Counted from the stretch's first letter, positions 9,821 to 18,936 are shown. The stretch: 62,035 nucleotides of DNA from Gloeobacterales cyanobacterium (GCA_038245785.1 JBBRSB010000031.1:1-62035), one strand, 5' to 3'. Numbers and translations: made by a program. The notes: a model not told the origin generated them from the letters alone.

Positions 9821-9904
9821 CGCTGGAAGTTCGTGCCAGCGGACGCATAGAGTTTCTTTGCTTCGTTTGATTTGCTTAGGTTGCCGCTCACTTAGCCGTT
9901 AGCC
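9821..9904 (+). other. attC-like site (degenerate left arm)
   Basis: GTGCCAGCGGAC ... GCCGCTCAC-TTAGCC-GTTAGCC; R'' not recognisable. Confidence 0.55.
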
Positions 9905-9970
9905 GTCTGCTCACAACTTTCTCATTAACTACGCAATTACGCTCATAATCCCAATTAAAAGGAAATAATC

Positions 9971-10453
9971 ATGACAACCACACAAAAAATCACACCATGC
10001 CTCTGGTTTAACTTTAATGCCGAAGAGGCTGTCAATCACTACCTGAGCATTTTCAAGAACAGCAAGATTTTGGAGGTTTCACACTACGGTGATGCAATGC
10101 CTGAACACAAAGGCAAAGTGCTTACCCTGCTCTTTGAAATTGAAGGGCAGAAGTTTCAGGCACTCAACGCTGGGCCGCAATTCCCATTTACTGAGGCCAT
10201 TTCCCTCAGTGTGGACTGCGAGACACAGGAAGAAGTTGACGCGCTGTGGAGCAAGTTGTCCGCAGGTGGGAGTGAAAGTCAGTGTGGCTGGCTGAAAGAC
10301 AAGTTCGGCCTGTCTTGGCAAATTGTGCCGCGAGCACTTCCGGAAATGCTCAAGGACAAGGATACCGACAAGGCAACGCGTGTGATGCAAGCCATGTTTA
10401 CGATGAGCAAGATTGATGTTGCTCGCTTACAGCAAGCCTATAACCAGAAATAG
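9971..10453 (+). CDS. VOC family (3-demethylubiquinone-9 3-methyltransferase-like) protein
   Basis: KITPCLWF, ALNAGPQF, QCGWLKDKFGLSWQIVP. Confidence 0.92.
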   Translation: MTTTQKITPCLWFNFNAEEAVNHYLSIFKNSKILEVSHYGDAMPEHKGKVLTLLFEIEGQKFQALNAGPQFPFTEAISLSVDCETQEEVDALWSKLSAGGSESQCGWLKDKFGLSWQIVPRALPEMLKDKDTDKATRVMQAMFTMSKIDVARLQQAYNQK

Positions 10454-10486
10454 TCTACGGCGTGCAAACAACAAAAGGAGAACACC

Positions 10487-10894
10487 ATGAGTACTCAAAT
10501 TTTCGTTAATCTACCCGTTAAAGACCTCAATCACTCCAAAGAGTTTTTTGCGAAACTCGGATTTAGCTTCAATGCTCAATTTACGGATGAGAATGCTGCT
10601 TCCATGATTGTCAGCGAGAACATCTATGTCATGCTCTTGACCCGCGAATTCTTCCAAACGTTTACCCCAAAAGAAATTTGTGATGCCACCAAAAGTACAG
10701 AAGTTCTGGTGTGCCTATCTTCCGAGAGTCGAGCAGAAGTTGACGAAATGGTTCGCAAGGCAGTGGCCGCTGGCGGTACAACCTACAAGGAACCACAAGA
10801 CCACGGATTCATGTATGGACATGGGTTTCAGGACTTAGATGGTCACATTTGGGAAATTATGTTCATGGAACCCAGTGCGGTAAATCAGGAGTAA
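10487..10894 (+). CDS. VOC / glyoxalase-family protein
   Basis: IFVNLPVKDL, DHGFMYGHGFQDLDGHIWE. Confidence 0.92.
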   Translation: MSTQIFVNLPVKDLNHSKEFFAKLGFSFNAQFTDENAASMIVSENIYVMLLTREFFQTFTPKEICDATKSTEVLVCLSSESRAEVDEMVRKAVAAGGTTYKEPQDHGFMYGHGFQDLDGHIWEIMFMEPSAVNQE

Positions 10895-10909
10895 GAAGGA
10901 GATCGATGT

Positions 10910-11548
10910 ATGTGGCTATATGAATTCGCTCCTACGCGCTCGATTCGAGTGCGATGGACCCTCCAGGAACTCGGTGTGGATTTCGAGTCTACAACCGTCA
11001 ACCTCGCAGCTGGCGAGCACCGTCGCCCAGAATTTCTCAAGATCAATCCGGCAGGCAGGGTTCCGGTGCTTGTTGATGGTGACTTCGTACTCACCGAGTC
11101 GGTTGCAATTGTGCTCTACCTGGCAGAGAAGTATCTTCACAAAGGGTTGGTTCCCACCGACCTCAAGCAGCGAGCTCAAGTCAACCGCTGGCTTCTGTTC
11201 ACGGCTACGGAGCTGGAGCAACCGCTATGGCGCATCGCGCGTCACACGGCGCTGTATCCAGAACACCTGCGTCTGACCGCCGAAGTCTCCCTGGCCCGTC
11301 AGGATTTCACGGACATGGCAGCCGTGATGGAGGAGCATATGCAGGGACGCAAGTTTATCGTTGGCGACACGCTGACGGTCGCAGATATTGTGGGTGCCCA
11401 TACCCTCGACTGGGCCAACGAAGTCCATCTGCTCGATGACTTCCCGCAGCTCTTTGGGTACATGGAGCAAATGTATGCTCGACCGAATGCGCCACTCCGC
11501 ATCGCCGAGGCGCTAGCCAGCATTAATGAGTCGGCAGTCGGCGCATAG
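10910..11548 (+). CDS. Glutathione S-transferase (copy 2)
   Basis: Near-identical paralogue of 7276..7896. Confidence 0.93.
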   Translation: MWLYEFAPTRSIRVRWTLQELGVDFESTTVNLAAGEHRRPEFLKINPAGRVPVLVDGDFVLTESVAIVLYLAEKYLHKGLVPTDLKQRAQVNRWLLFTATELEQPLWRIARHTALYPEHLRLTAEVSLARQDFTDMAAVMEEHMQGRKFIVGDTLTVADIVGAHTLDWANEVHLLDDFPQLFGYMEQMYARPNAPLRIAEALASINESAVGA

Positions 11549-11565
11549 TTTTCGGGCTTGGCGTG

Positions 11566-11670
11566 GCGCGCGTCACCGAAGGCGGCGGCCAAGTTCTTAT
11601 GGGACCGCACCAGGTTCCTACAGGACAGTGGATCGCTCAATGCCTCGACCCCCAATGCGCGATGATCGCT
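11566..11670 (+). pseudogene. C-terminal VOC fragment (GC-rich)
   Basis: Reads ARVTEGGGQVLMGPHQVPTGQWIAQCLDPQ with no start. Confidence 0.6.
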
Positions 11671-11750
11671 GCAAAACGCTGATCGGCATCGGTGGCGCAG
11701 CAGCGCTAAGATCGGGGCGGGAAAGTTCAGAACTCTTCAGCCTCTACCCC

Positions 11751-11991
11751 ATGCAAACCCCAGCCCGAACGATACGAATCCTTGCTATCTCAGGCAGTCT
11801 CCGCAAGGTCTCATCCAATACGGCTCTGCTAAGCGCCGCGATTGCGCTAGCTCCAGAGAATGTTGAGATTAAACTATACGGTGGACTCGGGGCGCTGCCG
11901 CCCTTTAATCCTGATCTGGAACCGATGGAGCCGCCCTCTGTCACAGATTTGAAGCGGCACCTTCAGTGGTCGGATAGTTTATTGATCTCAA
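11751..11991 (+). pseudogene. NADPH-dependent FMN reductase, 5' half
   Basis: RILAISGSLRKVSSN ... LPPFNPD ... SDSLLIS, then similarity breaks. Confidence 0.88.
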
Positions 11992-12090
11992 TCCATTCAA
12001 AGTCGCCTATTGCAAGACTTCAATGCCACACCGCTGGTTGATATCATTGTGCTAGAAGCGCCTGACGCTAAATCATAGGATTGAACCTCA

Positions 12091-12900
12091 ATGCACCAAT
12101 TCGATCGACCTGAGAAGCAAGCAATCGAATACGAGCAGCAGCAAATTCTGCAACAGCTTGAAGACTGGCTAGAGTTGCCAATGCTGGTACTGAGCTTGGC
12201 TTGGCTCGGTCTGTTTATCGTGGAACTCACTTGGGGACTCATGCCACTGCTAGATACGATTAGCCTCGGCATTTGGGGTGTATTTATCCTGGAATTTGTC
12301 CTCCGACTATCGCTTGCGCCCCACAAAGTTTCTTATCTCAAAGCCAACTGGCTTACGGCACTCTCACTGCTTTTACCCGCTCTACGAGTGTTCCGGTTCT
12401 TGCGCATCATGCGAATTCTACAAACGACGCGAGCTGTTCGAGGACTACAATTGCTGCGCGTTCTAACCCGAACGAATCGCAGTATGAGATCGCTCACCGC
12501 CAATTTTGCTCGACGCGGATTTGGCTATGTGGTGATGACGACTGCAATCATTACACTCGCTGGTGCTGCGGGAATGTATGCCTTTGAACAAGAAGCTCCC
12601 GATGCCCTGGGGTTTGACAGCTACGGCACGGCGCTTTGGTGGACAGCAATGCTGATGACCACAATGGGATCAGACTACTTTCCCCAAACGCCAGAAGGAC
12701 GCATTCTCTGTTTTTTGCTGGCGCTATATGCATTTGCGGTGTTTGGCTATGTAACGGCAACTTTAGCCACCTTCTTTATTGGACAGGATGCTGACAATGA
12801 CGAAGCAGAAATTGTTGGAGCAAAATCGGTTGATGCCTTGCGAAACGAAATCATCGCCTTGCGAACCGAGATTCAGAGCTTGAGACAGAACAATTTATAA
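12091..12900 (+). CDS. Ion transporter / potassium-channel-like membrane protein
   Basis: Arg-rich S4-like segment, ALWWTAMLMTTMGSDYFPQTPEGR pore region. Confidence 0.85.
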   Translation: MHQFDRPEKQAIEYEQQQILQQLEDWLELPMLVLSLAWLGLFIVELTWGLMPLLDTISLGIWGVFILEFVLRLSLAPHKVSYLKANWLTALSLLLPALRVFRFLRIMRILQTTRAVRGLQLLRVLTRTNRSMRSLTANFARRGFGYVVMTTAIITLAGAAGMYAFEQEAPDALGFDSYGTALWWTAMLMTTMGSDYFPQTPEGRILCFLLALYAFAVFGYVTATLATFFIGQDADNDEAEIVGAKSVDALRNEIIALRTEIQSLRQNNL

Positions 12901-12966
12901 CTTAAGACAGAAGACAATTTTATTTGCTTCCCATAATCTATTTGTGAAAGATTAAGAAAACTTTTC

Positions 12967-13995
12967 ATGAATACTGAAATAACAACTTTTATAGACAAGA
13001 TGCAGGCAATGCTAAATAGCTTTATTGCCTTACTGCCCAATATCATATTGGCGTTAATTGTCTTTGCTATCTTTTTCTTCGTTGCTAGAACTATCAAGAA
13101 AGTTGTTAGAAACCTGACGAACGATCGCCGAGCAGCCCGTAATTTAGGTATGGTGCTGGGACGCTTGGCGCAAGGCATAACCATCCTGATCGGGTTATTT
13201 ATCGCTTTGTCGATTGTGATTCCCTCGCTTAAAGCCAGTGATCTTGTACAGCTACTTGGAATCAGTGGTGTCGCGATCGGCTTTGCGTTTCGAGACATTC
13301 TACAAAATTTCCTGGCGGGTATTTTAATTCTATTAACTGAACCGTTTCAAATTGATGATCAGATTGTCTTCAAAGATTTTGAGGGCACGGTCGAGAATAT
13401 CCAAACACGAGCAACCACAATTAAAACCTATGATGGTCGCCGGATTGTCATCCCTAACTCTGAACTCTTTACCAACTCTGTGACGGTCAACACTGCCTTT
13501 GAACATCGCCGTCTCCAGTATGATGTGGGCATTGGCTATGGTGATGATATTGATCAGGCAAAGCAGTTACTTTTAGAGGCAATACATGAAACTGATGGGG
13601 TCTTGGAAACACCTGCACCCGACGTGCTCGTGGTTGAATTAGCAGGAAGCAGTGTCAATATTCGTGCTCGTTGGTGGGTTGCACCACCCCGTCGTGCCGA
13701 TGTGCTAGACCTCCAGGATCGAGTGTTGATGAACATCAAAAATAAGCTGACGGCAAATGGTATTGATCTGCCCTTTCCGACGCAGCAGATTCTCTTTCAC
13801 GACCAGACTGACGAAACGGATGGCGATCGCACTCGACAGCGCGAAGGCTGGCCTGCTGGCAAAGGCAAAGTGCCGCAGTCGCGCAGCATCAGCAGTTCGC
13901 TCAAACGACTTGCTGAAATCAAAGCTCAGCGGAATGGCTCTGAAGGAGATAGCGCAGAGCATTCTTTAGAGGAGAAGCGAACAAATGAGAACTAA
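12967..13995 (+). CDS. Mechanosensitive ion channel MscS-family protein
   Basis: AIGFAFRDILQNFLAG, GTVENIQTRATTI, IVIPNS. Confidence 0.92.
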   Translation: MNTEITTFIDKMQAMLNSFIALLPNIILALIVFAIFFFVARTIKKVVRNLTNDRRAARNLGMVLGRLAQGITILIGLFIALSIVIPSLKASDLVQLLGISGVAIGFAFRDILQNFLAGILILLTEPFQIDDQIVFKDFEGTVENIQTRATTIKTYDGRRIVIPNSELFTNSVTVNTAFEHRRLQYDVGIGYGDDIDQAKQLLLEAIHETDGVLETPAPDVLVVELAGSSVNIRARWWVAPPRRADVLDLQDRVLMNIKNKLTANGIDLPFPTQQILFHDQTDETDGDRTRQREGWPAGKGKVPQSRSISSSLKRLAEIKAQRNGSEGDSAEHSLEEKRTNEN

Positions 13996-15316
13996 GCTTA
14001 GTAAGCTGTTAGATTCACTGCACTCTAGCTTCTGGTTTGTCCCAACCCTAATGGTATTGCTAGCGATCGGGCTGTCGTTTTTAACCATTCACATTGATCA
14101 AAGCTTAAATACAGAAACTATTGGCAACTTGGGTTGGGCTTATGCGCTAGGGCCAAACGGTTCACGCGCTATTCTTTCAGCAATTGCAGGTTCAATGGTG
14201 AGCGTTGCGACAACGGCATTTTCCATTACGATCGTTGCCCTTCAGCTTGCGTCCTCGCAGTTTGGTCCTCGTCTGCTGCGAAACTTCATGCAAGATACAG
14301 GCAACCAAATTGTTTTAGGAACTTTTATCTCCACATTTGTTTATAGCCTGCTAGTGCTACGAACCATCAATGGTGTAGCCAAAAACGAGTTTGTGCCCCA
14401 TCTTGCAGTCACCTGCGGTATTGGATTGGCGATCGCCAGCATCGGCGTTTTGATCTACTTCATTCACCACTCAGCATCATCGATTCAAGTGGATCAGGTC
14501 ATCTCGAAAGTAGGATGTGAGCTAGATGACGTGATCGATCGCCTCTTTCCTAAACAGATAGGGCGAGGCGCATCAAAGCATCGAAACGAACCTTTGATAA
14601 ACGATATTCCAGCCAATTTCGATCGTGATGCCCGCCCAATTCAAGCAACTAGCAGCAGCTACCTTCAAGCGGTTGACACCGATCGGTTAATGGAGCTTGC
14701 GGCAGAAGGAAATCTTTTACTTCAGATTCAGAAGCGTCCTGGAGATTTTGTTGTCAAAGGCAGACCGCTCGCGATCGCTTATCCCGAAAAAGCTGTTAGT
14801 AAAAAGCTAGCTGAGCAAATTAACAGCGCTTTTGTGTTGGGTTCACAGCGGACTGACCAGCAAGATATCGAGTTCTCAATTAATCAACTGGTTGAAATTG
14901 CATCACGCGCCTTGTCACCGGGAATCAACGATCCGTTTACTGCTGTTCGCTGTGTTGATCAACTGAGTGCCGCACTTTGTCATCTGGCACAAAAAGAAAT
15001 TCCTTCTGCCTACCGCTATGATGACGGAGACAAGCTGCGTGTGATTGCTCAACCTGTATCTTTCGTCGATGCGATCGATGCCGCTTTTAATCAAATTCGC
15101 CAGTATGGACAAATGAGCGTAGCAGTCACAATGCGTCTGCTGGAAGCGATCGCCGTTATTGCCCCTTTTACCCACACCAAAGCCGACCGAGCCGCTCTGC
15201 TGCGTCATGCCGATATGATCGAGCGTGGAAGTCATGAAGGAATTTCAGAAGAGCTAGACCAGAAGGATGTTAAAGAGCGATATCTAGCCGCTGTGAAAGC
15301 GATCGAGCAGCAGTGA
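13985..15316 (+). CDS. DUF2254 membrane protein
   Basis: ASSQFGPRLLRNF and RALSPGINDPFTA motifs. Confidence 0.88.
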   Translation: MRTKLSKLLDSLHSSFWFVPTLMVLLAIGLSFLTIHIDQSLNTETIGNLGWAYALGPNGSRAILSAIAGSMVSVATTAFSITIVALQLASSQFGPRLLRNFMQDTGNQIVLGTFISTFVYSLLVLRTINGVAKNEFVPHLAVTCGIGLAIASIGVLIYFIHHSASSIQVDQVISKVGCELDDVIDRLFPKQIGRGASKHRNEPLINDIPANFDRDARPIQATSSSYLQAVDTDRLMELAAEGNLLLQIQKRPGDFVVKGRPLAIAYPEKAVSKKLAEQINSAFVLGSQRTDQQDIEFSINQLVEIASRALSPGINDPFTAVRCVDQLSAALCHLAQKEIPSAYRYDDGDKLRVIAQPVSFVDAIDAAFNQIRQYGQMSVAVTMRLLEAIAVIAPFTHTKADRAALLRHADMIERGSHEGISEELDQKDVKERYLAAVKAIEQQ

Positions 15317-15454
15317 TGCCATGATATCCATTAACTGGAAAGGATATCGATTTGCCGCTTGGGTTGGGCAAACGCTACTTGCAATTGCCGCGCTTGCTGC
15401 TGCGGTTTAGGGAAAATGGCAAAACGCGATCGCGCTGTTACTTTTTCTCATCGC

Positions 15455-15781
15455 CTCAAGTCCTGAGTATGCACACGGTGTAACCGGTGTGTTGAAGAAC
15501 GCTCTGGACTGGCTGGTGAGTGGAGAAGAGTTTGTTTACAAGCCTGTTGCTGTGTTGAATGCATCGCCCCATGCAACCTATGCTCAGGCCTCCTTAACGG
15601 AAATCATTACGGTGATGTCAGGACGGCTTGTCCCGAAGCCTCAATTACTGTGCCCCTAGCTGGAAAAAACCTGGATGCGGTCGGCATTGCGGCTTACCCA
15701 GAAATTTCGGCTGCCTTACAAACCGCGATCATAGTGTTTGCAACTGAAATCGAGCGCTACCGAGCCGAAGCAGCCCACTGA
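15455..15781 (+). pseudogene. NADPH-dependent FMN reductase, 3' half
   Basis: SSPEYAHGVTGVLKNALDWLVS...KPVAVLNAS; frameshift near 15633; continues the 11751 fragment. Confidence 0.88.
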
Positions 15782-16674
15782 AGAGACTTTTCTGCAACGA
15801 AATCCAGAAATACACGAGCTTTGGAGGATAGATAAAGTGAGTTAGGGCAAGTGACGTAGAGCGTCTTTTCTTTCGTTCCCCAAGTAGAGAGAATTCGTTT
15901 GAGTTTGCCTGTTGCCATAGCTTCTGGCAAGATTGTCTCTGGCAAATAGGCAATCCCTGCTCCTGCGATCGCCGCCTGTCTTGCCAAAATTAGATCATTG
16001 ACCACCAGTTTTCCTTTCACTTTGATGGTTTCGACGGTTCTACTCGGGCTGATGAATGGCCAATCCGCGTAACCAGCGTGCAATCGAGAACGCAACACAA
16101 GACAACAATGCTGGTTGAGATCTTGGGGCACCTTGGGTTCTCCATGTTGCCGTAAATAACCTGGGCTGGCACAGACCCAATAGGAAACTTGTTTCACCTG
16201 CTTCTGGCTCTCCAAGGAAGTTCCGTTTAAATCAGACTGCCAGCGGAATGCGATATCGATGCCTTCAGCCGCCAAGTTAAGGCTCTGGTTGCTGAGCAAA
16301 ACCTCAACCTGGACCTGGTCATAGTGCTGCAAAAACTCAGCCACCCATTCTCCTAAAATCGTCATCCCGAAAATAAGCGGAGCCGTAATTCTCAAGGTTC
16401 CCTGCGGCTCGACCTGTAAGCAGGTAACCGCGCGATTAGCCTCTTCCATATCGCTCAAAACACTGCGACAACGCTGAAAGTAGAGGTTCCCAGCTTCTGT
16501 TAAATAGAGCTTCCGAGTGGTGCGATGAATCAGTTCTACTCCCAAACTTGTCTCTAGCGCGGCTACTTTACGGCTCACGGTTGCCTTGGGCATTCCCAAC
16601 GCTCGCGCCGCTTGCGAGAAGCTACTGCTTTCTACAACTTTAACGAAAATTGCTACAGCATTTAGGTCATACAT
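15757..16674 (-). CDS. LysR-family transcriptional regulator
   Basis: SFSQAARALGMPKATVSRKV HTH; GTLRITAP. Confidence 0.93.
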   Translation of the reverse strand: MYDLNAVAIFVKVVESSSFSQAARALGMPKATVSRKVAALETSLGVELIHRTTRKLYLTEAGNLYFQRCRSVLSDMEEANRAVTCLQVEPQGTLRITAPLIFGMTILGEWVAEFLQHYDQVQVEVLLSNQSLNLAAEGIDIAFRWQSDLNGTSLESQKQVKQVSYWVCASPGYLRQHGEPKVPQDLNQHCCLVLRSRLHAGYADWPFISPSRTVETIKVKGKLVVNDLILARQAAIAGAGIAYLPETILPEAMATGKLKRILSTWGTKEKTLYVTCPNSLYLSSKARVFLDFVAEKSLQWAASAR

Positions 16675-16902
16675 TTCATAAATTGTTCCACTGATGAGAC
16701 AATGCGTTCCATCGTAATAGGCTAGTCAAATTTTTGGAACAACTGCTAATGTTTTATTAGCTTTTGATGGCCAAAGCAGGGAGCCAAATAAATCAGGTAA
16801 TTCCAGTCATGTCCATCACAGGTTACGGGAGCAGACAAGGGGTCGAGCAACCTAAAACAACTTGTTTCTGCTGAAAAAGACATCACAACTTGGAAGAAAT
16901 TA

Positions 16903-17241
16903 ATGAAGATTATTGCATTCGATCACTTTAAACCGGGTGTGACGCTGGAAACGATCACGCCCTTTCTACCAGAGGAAGTTGCCAGTGTTTGGCGGTTGTG
17001 GAAAGCTGGAATCGTGCGAGAAAACTATGCTCGTGCAGATGTTGGTGGTGTAGTGATTATGTTTGAATGCGACAGCATTGAGCAAGCTAAACGCTACGTC
17101 GATGATTTTCCACTATCCAAAGCGGGATATCTAGAGTGGGAGTTTATTCCTCTGATGGCACCGCTACCCCTAGAAAGTTTATTCAATCCAACTGTTGATG
17201 TAGTAGAGCCCTACGATCGCACATCCGTGTCACAGAATTGA
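16903..17241 (+). CDS. Small muconolactone-isomerase-like (dimeric alpha/beta barrel) protein
   Basis: VWRLWKAGIVRENY...GVVIMFEC...FPLSKAG pattern. Confidence 0.55.
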   Translation: MKIIAFDHFKPGVTLETITPFLPEEVASVWRLWKAGIVRENYARADVGGVVIMFECDSIEQAKRYVDDFPLSKAGYLEWEFIPLMAPLPLESLFNPTVDVVEPYDRTSVSQN

Positions 17242-17294
17242 TTATGGGATAACTCCAATTCATCTTCATAGAGACCTTTATTACAGGATTCATT

Positions 17295-17939
17295 ATGGAA
17301 CAAGCCTTTGGACTAGAGATTCCCCAAACGCTATCAGAAGTCTGCCATCCTCAACGCACGGCTCTACTGGTCTACGATATGCAGATCGGGATTCTCAATC
17401 AACTTCCTCAAGAACGAGCGCAGAACATTACCACACAGGCGCTTGAAGTTCTGAATGCCGCCCGCACTGCTGGAATTCGCGTCTTCTTCAGCCGTCATTT
17501 GTCCTTGCCCGTTGCATCGGCAGGGGTATCTCAACTGCGATCGGCGATGGCATGGCAGCGTGTGACTAAAGTTCAAGAAGTCAAGCCCTGGTTTCTTAGA
17601 GATGCGCCAGGATTTCAACTGATTCCAGAACTTTCACCACAACCTTCTGAAGTAATCTTTGACAAAATCACGATGTCAGCTTTTGAGGGTACATTTTTAA
17701 ATCTGGCGCTGCGAGATTGCGGCATCAATACTGTGATCATTGTTGGAATTGCCATGGAAGTTGGCATTGAACCTACCGTCCGCCATGGTGCGGATCTGGG
17801 CTTTATTCCAGTGGTTGTGACAGATGCTTGCGGAGCCGGTGATGAAGCCGCTGCTCAACGGTCTTTAGCGAGCCTTGAATTTGCTGGCGATGCCTGGATA
17901 ACAGATGTAGCGACTATATGTAGCATTTTCAATCATTAG
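17295..17939 (+). CDS. Isochorismatase / cysteine-hydrolase-family protein
   Basis: TALLVYDMQ, FDKITMSAF, VVVTDAC. Confidence 0.88.
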   Translation: MEQAFGLEIPQTLSEVCHPQRTALLVYDMQIGILNQLPQERAQNITTQALEVLNAARTAGIRVFFSRHLSLPVASAGVSQLRSAMAWQRVTKVQEVKPWFLRDAPGFQLIPELSPQPSEVIFDKITMSAFEGTFLNLALRDCGINTVIIVGIAMEVGIEPTVRHGADLGFIPVVVTDACGAGDEAAAQRSLASLEFAGDAWITDVATICSIFNH

Positions 17940-18015
17940 CACGCTCCAACAATTTTAATTCGACGCATCGATATGCAGGAATCATAGAGAATATCAACAA
18001 ATTCAGGATCCAAGT

Positions 18016-18921
18016 ATGGAGTCAGAGAGAAAATCGAGTTCAATCGGAACGCCAGTATCCGAACTCGAACTCGATGCGGCTCTCGTCTACGGTTTGTTAG
18101 AGAAGCAGCATCCAGATCTGGCACACCTGCCGCTTCATCTCGTGGATGCGGGTTGGGACAATGCCATGTTTCGATTAGGCGACCACTTATCTGTGCGACT
18201 CCCCCGTCGAAAAGCTGCAGCTACCCTAATCGAAAATGAGCAAACCTGGCTTTCACTACTGGCAGACCGTCTTCCCATCCCTGTTCCAACTCCTTACAGA
18301 TTAGGCAAGCCCACAAGAAGTTACCCTTGGCGATGGAGTGTTTTACCCTGGCTGGCTGGCATTGCTGCTGATCAAGAAGAACCCAATGTAAATCAGGCAA
18401 AACGCTTTGCGTCCTTCCTGCGTTCCTTGCATGTACCTGCACCCTTTAATGCGCCGCTAAATGCAGTACGGGGCGTACCGTTGCATCAGCGGGCAGCTTC
18501 TGTCGAAGAACGGATGCAGCGACTTGAGACGAAAACGAACTTGATTACTCCGAAGATCAAGAAAATTTGGAATGAGGCTTTGAAAGCGCCTATTGATGTT
18601 CAGCCAACATGGCTGCATGGTGACCTTCACGCACGAAACGTCCTGGTCGAAAATGGTGAGATCTCAGGCATCATTGATTGGGGCGATATTACTTCAGGCG
18701 ATCGTGCAACAGACCTTGCTTCTATATGGATGCTCTTTGCTGAGCGAAATGCACGCCAACAAGCCATAGCAGAATACACAAATATTTCTGAGGCAACACT
18801 GCAACGTGCCAAAGGATGGGCAATACTTTTTGGTGTAGTGCTACTCGATACCGGACTGATTGATAACCCGAGGCATGCAGTGATGGGCGTGAGAACATTA
18901 AGCCGTGTTTCTGAGGATTAA
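18016..18921 (+). CDS. Aminoglycoside-phosphotransferase-family kinase
   Basis: GWDNAMFRLG, WLHGDLHARN, IIDWGD. Confidence 0.9.
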   Translation: MESERKSSSIGTPVSELELDAALVYGLLEKQHPDLAHLPLHLVDAGWDNAMFRLGDHLSVRLPRRKAAATLIENEQTWLSLLADRLPIPVPTPYRLGKPTRSYPWRWSVLPWLAGIAADQEEPNVNQAKRFASFLRSLHVPAPFNAPLNAVRGVPLHQRAASVEERMQRLETKTNLITPKIKKIWNEALKAPIDVQPTWLHGDLHARNVLVENGEISGIIDWGDITSGDRATDLASIWMLFAERNARQQAIAEYTNISEATLQRAKGWAILFGVVLLDTGLIDNPRHAVMGVRTLSRVSED

Positions 18922-18936
18922 TGCCTCAAGAAGCCT

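Noticed and set aside
11526..12041. 171-aa ORF as an intact gene
   Set aside because: Composite of unrelated upstream sequence, half an FMN reductase and insert sequence.
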